Positions 39,401 to 51,095 of a stretch of DNA of 64,000 bases are shown here, piece after piece. This DNA comes from Klebsormidium nitens (taxonomy: Eukaryota > Plantae > Klebsormidiophyceae), in NCBI GenBank assembly GCA_000708835.1, contig DF237369.1:7674-71673 (forward strand), given 5' to 3'. A program made the position numbers and the translations under genes. The notes below the pieces were generated by a model. That model was not told where the DNA came from, searched no databases, and saw only the letters and a list, made by a program, of their open reading frames with translations. Positions within the stretch are counted from its first letter, which is position 1; each line of letters begins with the position of its first letter.

Positions 39401-42400
39401 GACCCCGCACTCAAAGAACCGTGAATTCCGAAAGGTACGATTTCAGAATGCCTGAAGCACAGCGCAGTTTCGATGAACAGTGAAGTGACTCCAAACGGGT
39501 CTCCTGAAGAGCGCGCCTCAGTAATCTTTGCTCGATTTGGAGAGAGTGGAGCAACCGAGGCATTGGGTAAAAACCTTTACAAAGTATTCTTTCTGACAAA
39601 GAAAATTGCAGCAAATCGCAAGCATCTGATACGGATGGAGACCAAAGCTGATGCTCCAGAAGACCGACCCAACATGAGGGTTTGGAAAGCCGCGTTTGAG
39701 GAAGAGGCGTGTCAGAGCTTGCCCCGTCTGACGTACTCAAGGACAAGAGGCAGAGTATCCGGGATTTATAATCCAGCAGAGTTGGCGTCAGCACGTCAAA
39801 CTTCTTCTCAGCTAAGATTTTACTGAGCGCATTTGGCGAAGTCCTTGCCAACATAGTTCAATGGTTGAACATCAGACGCTGGTAACAGACACGAAGCTGA
39901 CGGAAGCGAACAGAACAAGCTGCTTCCAAGATTCCGAGACTCAATTATCAAGTATGGTGATTGGAGGAAGTAGGCTTGCAAAAAACAGAGACTGATGTCG
40001 CGGGAAGGAATGAGCACAAAATCGGCCGACAGTGGTTGTCAAACAGTCATACCAAGCAAGACCGAAGCCCCACAAAGGGTACACCATCCGAAGCAGCTTA
40101 CACTGTGAACGGAAAGAATGATGTGACCCGGAGAGCGAAGACGATAAATCCAAAGGAGCATTGCCGTGCCGAGCCACTCCGCAGATGTCTTGGGTTACAA
40201 AACTAAAACACGAAGATGTAATAAGGGATAGGCCTGGGGCTTCGATAAACGTAAAACAAATGTCTGGGTCTCAGAGCTTTCTCTCAAAGCAAACACGCTT
40301 TTCGATCACACGAGAATGGAGGACAGTGGGGGTGGCGAAGAGCCCCTGCAGGACTGCGCACGGAAAACCGTCCCCAGAGAACGTCCCTGCTCCTCAGGTG
40401 GTTATTTGGAATCAGTTTCCAATGGAAGGCATCAAATGGGAAGAGTCCATTTGGTGAACCAAGTGGGGATCACCGGAACGCTGTCCCTATCATGTGCACC
40501 TTAGCAGCCACGCCTTCTGCTAGAAACCAAAACACATTACTGCTACAGCAAACGAGGAACTACGCAGAAATGTTCTTGACTTGGATACCTTCAGAGAGGT
40601 TGTAGCCTGAGAGTCGTGATGCATGGAGGTCTAGTCACACAAGAAAAGCACCTCACCTGGGAGCCCATGTACTGCGCAAACGTGACCGAAACAATGGAAA
40701 GTCCCCCTCCGTTGAGCACAAAGAATGATGTCCACGTGTACATGAACGAGACAACGTTGCTGAAGCCAATCTGCAGAGGAACGGACGAGAGACGGAAGCC
40801 TTGTCAGATCCTGTTCTTTGAGTGAAGCAGACGAAGAACTCTGCAATCGTTGGGGATAGGCGATACCAAATTACCAATTGGACGCCTGCGGAAAAAGAGT
40901 GCATTACAACAAAGACCAATTGCCTGGTTTTTAGAACGGCTGTTGACACGCAAGCGACATGTGAACAGACACTCTGTGAAAGGACGAATCAGAAGGCGGA
41001 GTCACTTGAGTATCTTGTTTCCGGAACAAGACTATCGACCCTGCAATTTGCAGTTTCGATCTCCGGAACTTTCATATGCTTAGGGTCCGAATGTAAAGTA
41101 ATTGCAGAACAACACCAGCTTGATACAGGTTCTTTCTCAGACCTAGACCAAATCCTGACTAGAAAACAGCAAACTAGAGCTTTTCCAAGGGAGGTCAGGC
41201 CTGCCTCACCCGCAGATAGTGACTGTCCCCCCCTGCATGAGGGATCGAGCTGCCCAACTCCGCGTAGATGAGCGCCGAAAGCATGGCAAGCGTTCCCCCG
41301 CCCAGCCATGCTAGCAAGGAGAGCCCAACGCTCCCCGTGCTTTGTAGGACAACTCCGGGGCTAGCGAATATGCCGCTGCCTACGATGATTCCCACGACAA
41401 CACTGCAGAGATCCAATGAGAGTTTTCAAAAAAGTTGTCAGTGTGAAATCTGGGTTGACGGAACATGCAATTGCCACAGCTGGTCGACACATACGCCTAT
41501 GATTGAGGATGAGCTTGGGCGGACTGAGCCCTTTCTCAGCAAACTTATTGAGAATTGTTTGAGTCCAACTGCCAACACGAATTGGAAACCAAGGAACAGG
41601 GATTCTGTCGATTCTGTCTTGCAGATTCGGTTGAAGATGCCTCAGCAGGCCAAGGGCTTTGTCAAGAAGCGGAGCCTGGGGATATAAATGACAATGCGCA
41701 CGAGCTCATGTGAAGATGCTGCCCCACTGACATTCAACCTCAAACGCATACTTCCACCACACAGTCTAACTTGATTACACGGAACTTTGATTGAAATGAG
41801 GATTTAAAGCCTCCACTAAAAGAAACAACCTTCACAAACCAAGAAAAGGTTGTTTTGTGAAGGTCGCATCGCACCCTGCATGTTTATCCCACCACCCGAA
41901 ACATCGCACCAAACTTTACATTCTCATCATGTTACTAGGCTTAGGATCCAACTGACATAGCGCAAAACTTTCTCAGCTGATTCCCATTCCAACATGCACG
42001 ACAAGGTTAAGATAAACTAAGAACAGTGGCCCCTTAACCTGATGCCAAAAGACAGTTGGGACTGACCTGCACTCGCCCCCCGTCTGTCTTCCCCCAACCA
42101 GGGCACATGGTAAGATACACATAGTGCTACTCCGATCATGCACGAAAAGCTGGAATTGAAACTACATGCGCTTTCAATCAAGCTCTCCCACCTGATGCCG
42201 TCCACAAAAGTGAGCCTCCTGTGGAGCCCCCCGCTCTCATCCTCCGCTCCGGTTCCCTTTGCCCTCTCTTCGTCCGCGTAACTGTCCAGCAGAGGTGCTC
42301 GGACGTCTGCAATGCTGTCATCGTCTGCGATATCCCCTGCCCCCAGCGCACTAAACCGTTCCGCCAGACTCGTATTTCCTTGCGGTGTTGAACCACCAGG

Positions 42401-42409
42401 GGGGCCCAT
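27446..42409 (-). CDS. APC-superfamily amino acid transporter, LAT/SLC7-like (~526 aa, 10 exons)
   Basis: Exons (minus): 42192-42409, 41210-41402, 40657-40770, 35050-35143, 34579-34780, 33393-33532, 32629-32771, 31826-31915, 28288-28490, 27446-27629. All introns GT-AG and phases join into one frame. Motifs VGIIVGSGIFASPG, YAELG, GGDSHYL, WAFDGW, EELKNPGRDMPRSI, HRPFK. The C-terminal tail is less certain. Confidence 0.92.
27701..27762. repeat. Perfect 31-bp tandem duplication in the last transporter intron
   Basis: actttctgtctgtgtgtgtgcttcaaatcgc at 27701-27731 and 27732-27762. Confidence 0.95.
27960..28200 (-). repeat. Two decayed tandem copies of the 3' end of transporter exon 9
   Basis: ccaaacacgga(a/g)tacg at 28297 (exon), 28145 and 27979. 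The distal copy keeps a GTAAGT donor. Confidence 0.85.
28500..28950 (-). repeat. Three decayed tandem copies of the acceptor plus 5' end of transporter exon 9
   Basis: AG acceptors at 28491 (real), 28626, 28767 and 28904, each followed by variants of GGAGCGTGGGCGTGCCTGCTCCTGCTGTGCTCC. Spacing 135, 141 and 137 nt. Confidence 0.9.
30200..31300 (+). pseudogene. Decayed RPA70/OB-fold-like unit inside transporter intron 8 (antisense to the host gene)
   Basis: Remnant YATMIPGRVYQGSRTFQ...SPSFAELEAE (30513 ORF). ccatcacagccag (31205) and gacttgcccaag (~30228) resemble array anchors. Confidence 0.35.
33260..33320 (-). repeat. Near-identical tandem copy of the 3' end and donor of transporter exon 6
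   Basis: 33281-33320 vs exon 33393-33432 has 3 differences in 40 nt. Both are followed by the same donor gtaaggcggcttact. Offset 112 nt. Confidence 0.92.
36880..39400 (-). pseudogene. Decayed unidentified coding-like module C, copy 2, inside transporter intron 3
   Basis: Colinear with 23080-25500 (see anchors there). Lies in the 5.5 kb intron 35144-40656. Confidence 0.55.
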
Positions 42410-43531
42410 CCCAAACCAGAGTCCTGGTTGCTGCTGCTTTTCTCTTCACACTCTCCTTCCAAAACTTTTTTCTCTCTGTCTCCCCTCCTCTTTCTCAAGA
42501 TCTTCTCTTCTTTCCTGCCTGTCACTTTTGAGGTCCAAATTCTGATAAAATGAGGGGAAGGATCTAAGCATTGGCTAACTTGTGGGGAGAATTCAATCAC
42601 ACCAGAGACATGCAATCCAAAGACAGCACAAGTCTTTCACAGCATATGAGCTTCTATGCGATATGCACTAAAGCCATCAAATGCTGCGCAATCACTGCGC
42701 CTTCCAAGAATCAACATCTTTTCTGCTCCAGGCGGAAAGGTCTCCAATTGAGCTCAGTTGTTGTGTTTGCACATTAACACGACTTTGAAAGGAGCTGGGG
42801 CACCTAGTTCTAAAAGCATTGAAGCGGCCTTGATGCAAAGATGGGCAAAAGGTGGCCTGCAAAAGGTGCTTCACTGCTGCGTAACGCCCCCTGGCACTGG
42901 CAGCACCCATCATGCATGCCCATGATTCTGAACCAGCTGCCGCTAGCTAGCCAAATAAATGATGGCCATGAGTAGCAACGAGAGCGGGAGTATATCTCGT
43001 TCTCAAGGCCCTGTGAAGGCAGGCGCGACCTTGGAGGATCATAGACTTTGCCTGGGATGATGAATTGTTGTTAGGTGCAAGGCCTTAAATTATTCACAGA
43101 AACACCGTTCCCACACTAGATGGCATCAAACCGTTACCGCGCTCTGCGCACATGCAATGCTGGCCGGCGCGAAACCCTTTGGAACTTGGAAGAACTTTTT
43201 GCCCCAGGGCATGGCTGCTTTGCGCTCTCTGAAGAGCCCATCACGAATTAACTTGTGCAGTCCTCATTCTAGTCGTGAGATCTTGTGCGATTCCTCGCCT
43301 ATCTGCAAAGCCAAGTCACTGCATTTCTTCCCAGCAGCAACCTACTCCTCCCATTGTTGGACGAAACCTTTGAGCAAAAGTAGCTTTTGCTGCAGGAGTT
43401 CAGACCCATTTCAGCTCTCACAGATTGGGAAGACTAGATTTTCTTTTTCCAAGAAGCCTTCGGCAACGGGGGGCACTTTACACACCAAATTAGCTGCTCG
43501 TTCGAGTTCAGAGACAAACCGGACCCTCGCA

Positions 43532-46500
43532 ATGGAGGACGACACAAACAGCCTTGTTTTGAAGTTGCACGAGGTGGAGGCGGTCAAGTTTGGCAGCTTC
43601 AAGCTGAAGAGCGGTCTGATCTCGCCAATCTACATTGACCTCCGTGTCATTGTGTCGTACCCCGACCTTCTGAAGGTGGGCTTTAATTGGACCGTCCATT
43701 GGACAATGTATTGATGGAAGTGCAGATCGGTGGTGACTGCGAGCGTAGTAAACGGACACCAAAGTCCTTGAGTTTCCGAGCACTTCTTTCTGTCCAGCGG
43801 TGAGACTCAAGCGCGGAAACCGCAAGCAAGCACGGTGCCGGGCGATGAATTTTAGCTTTTTAAAGCTGGTAATGATTCAGAGATTCATTTCAAGAAAGGC
43901 AGTTATGACCACCTTGCCTATACTTATGGTCATGTTTCGAATGGGTCAGCAAAGTAGGCGCTTCAATGGTGACAATCAGCTCAACTCAGCAGGTTTTGAA
44001 CAGTCTGTTGTCTTTTCCTGCTTCAATGGCCTCTTATAGTGGCGTTCCTCGTAGACTTTTGGAAAAGGTGTCACGATAAGCAGGTGTGAGACCAAGTCAA
44101 TGTGGCACATTGGTACCAAAGGTTCCAAAATCTTTCAGAGCGATGCCAGTTCAGGTCTAAGATGGTAGACATTTCCCCTATGCCGGATCGGATCTCTTAA
44201 TGGAAGTTCCGCAACTGCTCTTCAGGTGAACTGCCAATCACCATCTAGCAACCAAGTGGCGGAGACTCGACACATATGAATTCCTGAATGTATAGCGTAC
44301 GAAACTGGACGTCAAAATGGGATCCGTCGTTCTTGCAGGAGGTGGCTGAGTCCATGTGGGCCACGGTCGCCAACGCCAAGTTCGACGTCATGTGCGGAGT
44401 CCCGTACACTGCGCTCCCGATCGCCACCTGTATGTCGCTGCTGCACGGGAGCCCCATGGTGATGCGCAGGAAGGAGGTATGACATCAGCACAGAATTTTG
44501 AACCAGGCACTCTGAAGACGTTCAGGATTATTGCTGAAGTGTCAACTGCATCTTGAGAGAGTAAAAGGGATGGTGTCCTGACTCCCTTTAGAGATCCGTT
44601 CAAGTTTGATTCTAATATGGAGGGTAGAGTGCGCCCGCATTCGTATAAAAGCTGACTCGTATGCTGAAGCGCCACAACAACCCTCCATTTTGACATGAGA
44701 GTTTTGGCACAGGTTTAATTTCCTAATGATGTATACTCCGTATATCTCTCAGGTCAAGGACTATGGGACGAAGAAGGCCATCGAGGGCGCGTTTCAACCG
44801 GGGCAGAGCGTGTTGATCGTCGAGGATTTGGTCACCAGCGGGGCATCTGTGATGGAAACCGTCGAACCCCTCAAGGCGGTGGGGCTCGAGGCAAAGGACG
44901 TGGTGGTGCTGATTGACCGGGAACAGGGGGGGCAGGCGCACCTGGAAAGGTACCCCCCGATCCTGTTCGGTTTGTATTTTGAATCCTGCAACTTTGTGAG
45001 AAACTGTGGTGGTCGGTTTTCTCTGGGGGGCACAAGGCACCCCCTCTCCTGCTTTCCGCTTTGGCATATCAAAAGCCTGACTGCTCTGCGATTTCGGTTT
45101 AGTGTTCTTTCAGCATTCAGGGAAGCGGGGGGCAGAAGAACGGCCTGAAGCTGCCCTGTGTGCTTGCGCAAGGCTACTCGCCTACGCCCTCCTGATATAT
45201 AGCGAAGCCGCCGTTGCAGTGCTTTGAAGAGGCCTTTTATCTGCGACTAGGAAGCGGCTAACTGGACGAAAGGAATAGACTAACCGAATCTGAAACGAAG
45301 ATAAGCTCAACTGCGACGTCTTCACCTGCAGGAACGGGCTGAAACTGCACTCCACTCTCACGCTGCGTCACATCGTCGACGTCCTGGTGAAGCACGACAA
45401 ACTCACCTCCGAAGTCGCCGACTCCGTCAAGCGCTTCATCGCCGAGAACCAGACCGCCGCGCCCTCCGTTCCGCTCGCAAACGCTCCGATCGACCCGCCA
45501 AAACGGAAACGGATCCCGTACGGAGACCGCGCGGCGCTGGCGAAGAACCCGACGGGAAAGAAGCTGTGGGAGCTGATGGCCAGCAAGAAGACGAACCTGT
45601 CGGTGGCGGTGGATGTGGCGACGAGCGCAGAGTTGTTACGGTTGGCAGACCTGGTGAGTCTACTCCTTGTCTTTCATGTACTTGATATCAAGACAAGTAC
45701 ACCCATCGCTTATTTTGTTCTCCTTTCTACCAGTCATCATCTCCTGACCGGATCATATCCCTGTCCATCATCTCCCTGACCTTAGCAGTCAGCAAGAAGA
45801 CAGATTAATCAGTGGCAATGAATGCCGCGATACGCGCGGGATTGCACATATAGAACGATCTTGAGAGCATCTCAGAAGTTCAGATCTTTGATGACTAAAA
45901 GCTGGATTTCTGCTTTCACGCGGCTTCGCTTGTTGGAGCAACTTGAGTTTGAGAGACCAAGTACTGGAAGCTTTTGGTTGCGAAGGACTTTGCAACAAAC
46001 CCCGAGGCTCTCGCGGCTGGCGTTCCTTGCAATTCGACAACTTTTGTTGCTCATTTCTTCAAGTCGGGATAGTAAACCTGGAATTTTAGCGACACCTTCA
46101 CAGACAATGACCAGCAATGGAGTTGTTTGGAAGCAGTCCGACATGGTTTCAGGGTCTCACATCTGGTATACCGACGTTGATTCCGAACTCGTTTTATTTT
46201 ATGTTTTTGAGTGGTTTTGCTTCTGAGCGCTGCTTCCTTTGCGTCTGACATCGACTTCATGCATCGGTCTTTTTGTCCGAAGGTGGGGCCTGAAATCGCT
46301 GTCCTCAAGACCCACGTGGACCAGCTGTCAGATTGGACACCAGCCGTGACGTCCGAGATCGAGAAGGTGAGGTCACCGCTCCTTCCAACCAATGCGTACG
46401 AATCTAAACTTGTAGATGTCGGAATCGTTGAAACTCCGGTCGGAGCCGTTGAATTTGTACCAAGAACCCTAATTTGAGCAAGAGCTCTGTACCCTTTGGC

Positions 46501-49500
46501 GGTCCGCCTGGATTCGACAAATGTGACTCAATTGTCAAGAAGCGAACCTGGGCGTCACTTTTGCCAGGTAAAGTACACCCTAAAAAGATGCCTGAAAAAT
46601 ACTCGAAACAAGCTTAAAATGAGTGAGTGAATGCCTTCAAAGACTGCAAGACCCGGTTTAGTTGCGGAAGGCCAGAACCAGTCACGAAAGTTTTGCACGA
46701 CGCCTGGATGATGCTTCCATAGCACGATTGGTCACATCTGACAGCCTGACGAGTCGGTGGGGCTCGAAGTATGTTCAGTCACCTTCGAGGTCTCTCGTCG
46801 GGCTCATTCGGGTCCGATACATTTTCGTTCTTGGATGCTTCCGTCTCGGCGTCTCTTAACGGGGCCCGGCTTTGGTCCTGCAGCTGGCCGAGAAGCACAA
46901 CTTCCTGATCTTCGAAGACCGAAAGTTCGCCGACATCGGAAACACTGTCGTGGACCAATATGCGGGGTGAGGCGCCGCTGAAGCAACTTGTGCCCGATAT
47001 TTACTGAGGTCGATTCGGACGGAACCGTTCTTTTCTGGGTCTATTAGTCGAGCCAGCTATCAGTCACGGAAGACGGCCCGCTTGAGCAGGAAGAATGGGA
47101 GAAAGAGTGGGAAGACTCCCTCTGTCGTTAGGGCGTCGAATGTTGAGCTGATGATAGATTCCTTGCGACGGGAACTTAAGAGCACCGTCTGCTTGTTTGT
47201 GAGTCTGGCGCTCCGCTCGCTGGTCATTCGTGCTGCCGCCACGGTAACTTTAGCACTGTCTTCGACGACTTTACTGATCCGAAACGGGCAAATCTCCGGT
47301 AATGCAAGCTCCGACAGCACATCTTGTTTGGTCATAAATCGGGTAGCTGCGCTCCCTTAACCAATATTGTTGGCTTACCTTGGCATCGTATACATTTTGA
47401 GCAGGCGAGCAGCGGTCTCTGTCGCCGGAGCTGATCACGAAATCCACCCTACTGCGCTTCTTCATTGAGTTTCCATAAAGCCTTCAGCCTTTAAAAGGTG
47501 TCTGGGCAGTTGCGCCGAGTCAAAAACGCGGATTGCGTCGATTGGACTACAGAGACCCTTAACAGTCGGCGGACCGGGCCCGTTCCAGATTCACGGCAAT
47601 GTCAGTGGGCCTTCTGTGGGCCTTCTTTGGATTCCCGCAATGTTGCCGACCTCGTTGGTCGTCGGACGGTTCCGGTAACCCAAAACATTAACCATGCCTT
47701 TGGCTGCTCGGCAGGGGCTTATACAAGATCGCAGACTGGGCGCACATCACCAACGCGCACGTGGTGCCGGGGCCTGGCATCGTGGACGGACTGAAAACGA
47801 AGGTGGGCTGCTTTCTGCTTGCGGCATGCGTTTCCAGCGACTGTCTTGCTTGCCTTTCTGCTTCGATGTCGCCGAATGTGCACTAGTGGCGGCATGCACC
47901 TACTTTACTTCATCATCAAAACTGAGCCGCTTGCGTTTCGGCTGTGAGCTGTTTTTTGATCCCGCACCCGCGCATGTGCAAGCTGTTTACCAAGAGCTAG
48001 CATTCTCAGAGTACTCCGGCAAACATTTGCTCTGCGTCTGTCTGGCGCCGTTCTCCCACCTTCGGAAGTTGCATCAACCAATTCCTCTATCTAGGACACA
48101 ACACAAACCCGGAAACTTTCACATCTACAAAACAATTCTTTGCGATAGGGCCTCTCACAGGGCCTGTCCTCATTTTCCTCGCTCATGTGAGCTCCGCAGA
48201 GAGGAGAACCGATACCGCCAATATCAAGGAACCAGAGGAAGCCCCAAAATCTGAACAGAAATGTCGTAAAATTCTCCTTTGCAGGGCCTCCCTCAGGGTC
48301 GCGGCCTCCTCCCTTTCGCCGAGACGAGCTCCGCATAGATTCTTCTGCCGTTACACTCTGAACAACAAGAAGAGCCTGTGAAACCTTAAAGTTTGCTGAA
48401 ACCCTATATCCTTCTTCACAGGGCCTCCCCAAGGGTCGCGGCCTCCTTCTCCTCGCCGAGATGAGCTCCGCGGGTACTTTGGCCAACGGTGAATACACTC
48501 TGGCCGCCGCCAAAATCGCCGCCGACCACTCCGACTTCGTCATCGGGTACATCTCCGTCAACCCCGCGTCATGGCCGGGGGGTCCCGGCAACCCGGCGCT
48601 GTGCCATATGACGCCCGGGGTGCAGATGGGGGGCGGGGGCGATGCGTTGGGGCAGCAGTATAACACTCCCTCCTCGGTAGGTAACCTTACTTTTTACTCA
48701 CCTTGCTGTATGTTGTTTGTATGCTTTATTTTTGTTTTCGTCTATTTCTCAGACTCAAAAGTGGGGTCCCGGCAACCCTGCGCTGTGCCACATGACGCCC
48801 GGGGTGCAGATGGGAGGGGGAGGTGATGCGCTGGGGCAACAGTACAATACTCCCTCGTCGGTGCGTCTCGCACTTTTGACATTATCGTCTTTGCCTATAA
48901 TCTAGAAGCTCCGAACTATTTCATTCGATTTCATAGACTGCCGCACGACGCCTGCGGTGCAAATTGGGAGCGGGGGCGACGTCCTGGGGCGGCAGTACAA
49001 AATTCCCCCTCAGTGCGCCTCTTCACTGCTCTTTTTCTCTAAGCGAGCTTTCTAATTATACGTCATCTGCTTTGTGTCTATCTCATGTGCCTGAAGAATC
49101 TACGCGATCTTCGTCTCTGGAGCAATGATTTCCCGGTCACCACTTCCTGCTCTGCAAAAAGGGAAAAAGGGTTGAGGGTCGCGCGTCTCTTAGACCCTTG
49201 TGGGCCGCTTACGATTGATGAGGCCTGTGCGGCTTTGGTTGACCCGCTGATAACCCGAAAGAGTACCCGAAACCGGGCAGTTGTTCTACATTGGCCTGCC
49301 GCGCTAGCGTTGGCTCCCAACCTTTGAGTGGACCCTTCAGTCATTGAATTTGGGCGTTCTTGAATTTTCGGTCGTTGCGCTTCTCAAGAAAACGCCTTTT
49401 GCGCCTCGGATGCAATAAAGATTCTTGGATCTTCGATTCTCTGCTAGCGACGCAAGATCCTCCCTTGGTTCGTTCATGTGTCGGCGCTCTCACGAAGATA

Positions 49501-49964
49501 CGAGTCGTCGTATCTCGCTGCTCAAAGGCAAAGACGAGAAGCAAAACTGTAATGTACAAAAAGTACTGAAATGAGTAGATTAAAGTAGGGGAAGAGAAAG
49601 TAAAGTAGGCGGCAGGAGTGCATGGTCATCCGGACAGATGATCTGACACGTTACCAATACGCCTTACCTCCGGATCCTGCCTTCAACCTACGGGCGAAGG
49701 TTTCTTCCGCAACAGCAATGCGGAAGTAGCAGTGGCGGTCAATCCACCTCGTTGCCTTCTTACCTTCCTCCTAGCATCCTTATGTACTGGTATCAGCAGT
49801 GACGATGCTGAGCAAGGGCCTGTGGTCCTCGCGTGCAGGTCATCGGGGAGCGAGGGAGTGACGTCATCATCGTCGGACGTGGCATCATCAAGGCGGCCGA
49901 CCCCGCAAAGGCTGCGAAGGAGTACCGGGAAGCTGGCTGGGCCGCGTACGAAGAAAGTCTGTAG
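43532..49964 (+). CDS. UMPS: UMP synthase (orotate phosphoribosyltransferase + OMP decarboxylase), 478 aa, 9 exons
   Basis: Exons 43532-43675, 44339-44476, 44753-44949, 45332-45653, 46283-46366, 46884-46966, 47715-47802, 48422-48676, 49839-49964 total 1437 nt in frame. Motifs [62 protein letters not shown]. Confidence 0.97.
45790..46145 (+). repeat. Decayed copies of the 3' end of UMPS exon 4 in intron 4
   Basis: 45790-45845 cagcaagaagac...tcagtggcaatgaatgccgcga aligns to exon 45581-45636. Weaker echoes near 45985-46022 and 46109-46147. Confidence 0.6.
48149..48335 (+). repeat. Two decayed copies of the acceptor plus first ~51 nt of UMPS exon 8
   Basis: AG|GGCCTC... starts at 48149, 48285 and 48422 (real). 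Spacing 136 and 137 nt. Divergence increases with distance from the exon. Confidence 0.88.
48753..49015 (+). repeat. Two copies of the 3' part of UMPS exon 8 (one codon-conserved, one decayed)
   Basis: 48765-48860 encodes the same 32 aa as 48581-48676 and ends in a GT donor. ~48945-49013 is a decayed version ([20 protein letters not shown]). Confidence 0.93.
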
Positions 49965-51095
49965 GTGTTTGTGAACCCGAGGCGCAACGTGGACAAAGTG
50001 GGTTGAGTCAACAATGGTCCAGTTACAAGTTTCGTCGCTCCCTCCTTATCCGGTCACGGTGGGGTACCGACGTGTCTGAGAGTCCGGCATATGGCAACTA
50101 CAGAGAACTACAAAGGGCTACTCAAGCGTGCCACAGCAACGGTGCCGTTGGACGAATTACTATGTGCCAATATCCCTTGTAGGCCGAAGTGTGGCGTCAC
50201 AATCATTGAATTGGTCCATGCGATTACATCTTGTAGGCCAGGGCCTCTATGCGATGGCGCATGCATAAACGCCATGCATGATGCCGTAATGCACACCGAC
50301 TGATGCCTTGTCAGGTGTGGCGGCCTTAGACAAACATGTACCAAAGATGGCCCGAACTGTAAGCAAGTTGATTTCCAAATGCCCGGCCCAAGTCCAATAT
50401 ATTGCACCATATCTCTTTCATGATGGCCCTCCGTGTTCCACTTTACCATGCAACCGATTCGAGTTGAAAATACCCGCGTCGCATAATGATCTCGCCATAT
50501 AAGCTACGGTATAGCTACATGCATGCTTACCAGTTGCCCCGGCCGCTCGCATCCAAAGCGAGATATAGCTAGTCTAGCTATGAACATTTTGACGAATGAT
50601 CTTGCGCGTCCGGTCCCGGTTGTTGTAGGATTGGTCTCATCATCAAGGTACATGTGACCGTCCTTATGTTGTTGGAGACAGTACTGGGCCCGTGGGTGCA
50701 TGATACACTGAGGAGATCTGCATGCATCGTCTTGCATGTCATGTCATCTCCATGGCAGCCTGCAGGTATGTTCATGCGCCCCCGCACATGCAAGTCGAAC
50801 ACTTGAGTATCTCAAACAGTTGCATATGTGCCAGTGAGGGTTAACAAACCGATTGGCAAGCATATCATATGATGCTTGAATTCTTAGGGCGATCATACGA
50901 AATGCTGCGTGCACTGAACCATCAAACTTCTGTCGTCCATCCCCATTCAACCAAGTGGCTGCATGTTGGTGTATCCAGTCCAACTGGTTACTGGACCCGT
51001 TCAAACAACCAATCTGCACTCGAGGAGCGAAGCTGGGCTGATCTCCAGCTCTTGCCATTGAATGTCCGCTCAAGACGTTTGTCGCCATACTTGAC

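Noticed and set aside
41828-41864. 11-bp hairpin accttcacaaa / tttgtgaaggt in transporter intron 1
   Set aside because: Isolated, with no terminal CTRR or TSD. Rho-independent terminators are irrelevant in this nuclear context.
47250-47990. Possible echoes of UMPS exons 6 and 7, and similar weak matches near transporter exons 3, 5, 8 and LMW-PTP exon 4
   Set aside because: Only short (9 nt or fewer) exact matches. I cannot distinguish these from chance without a scored alignment.
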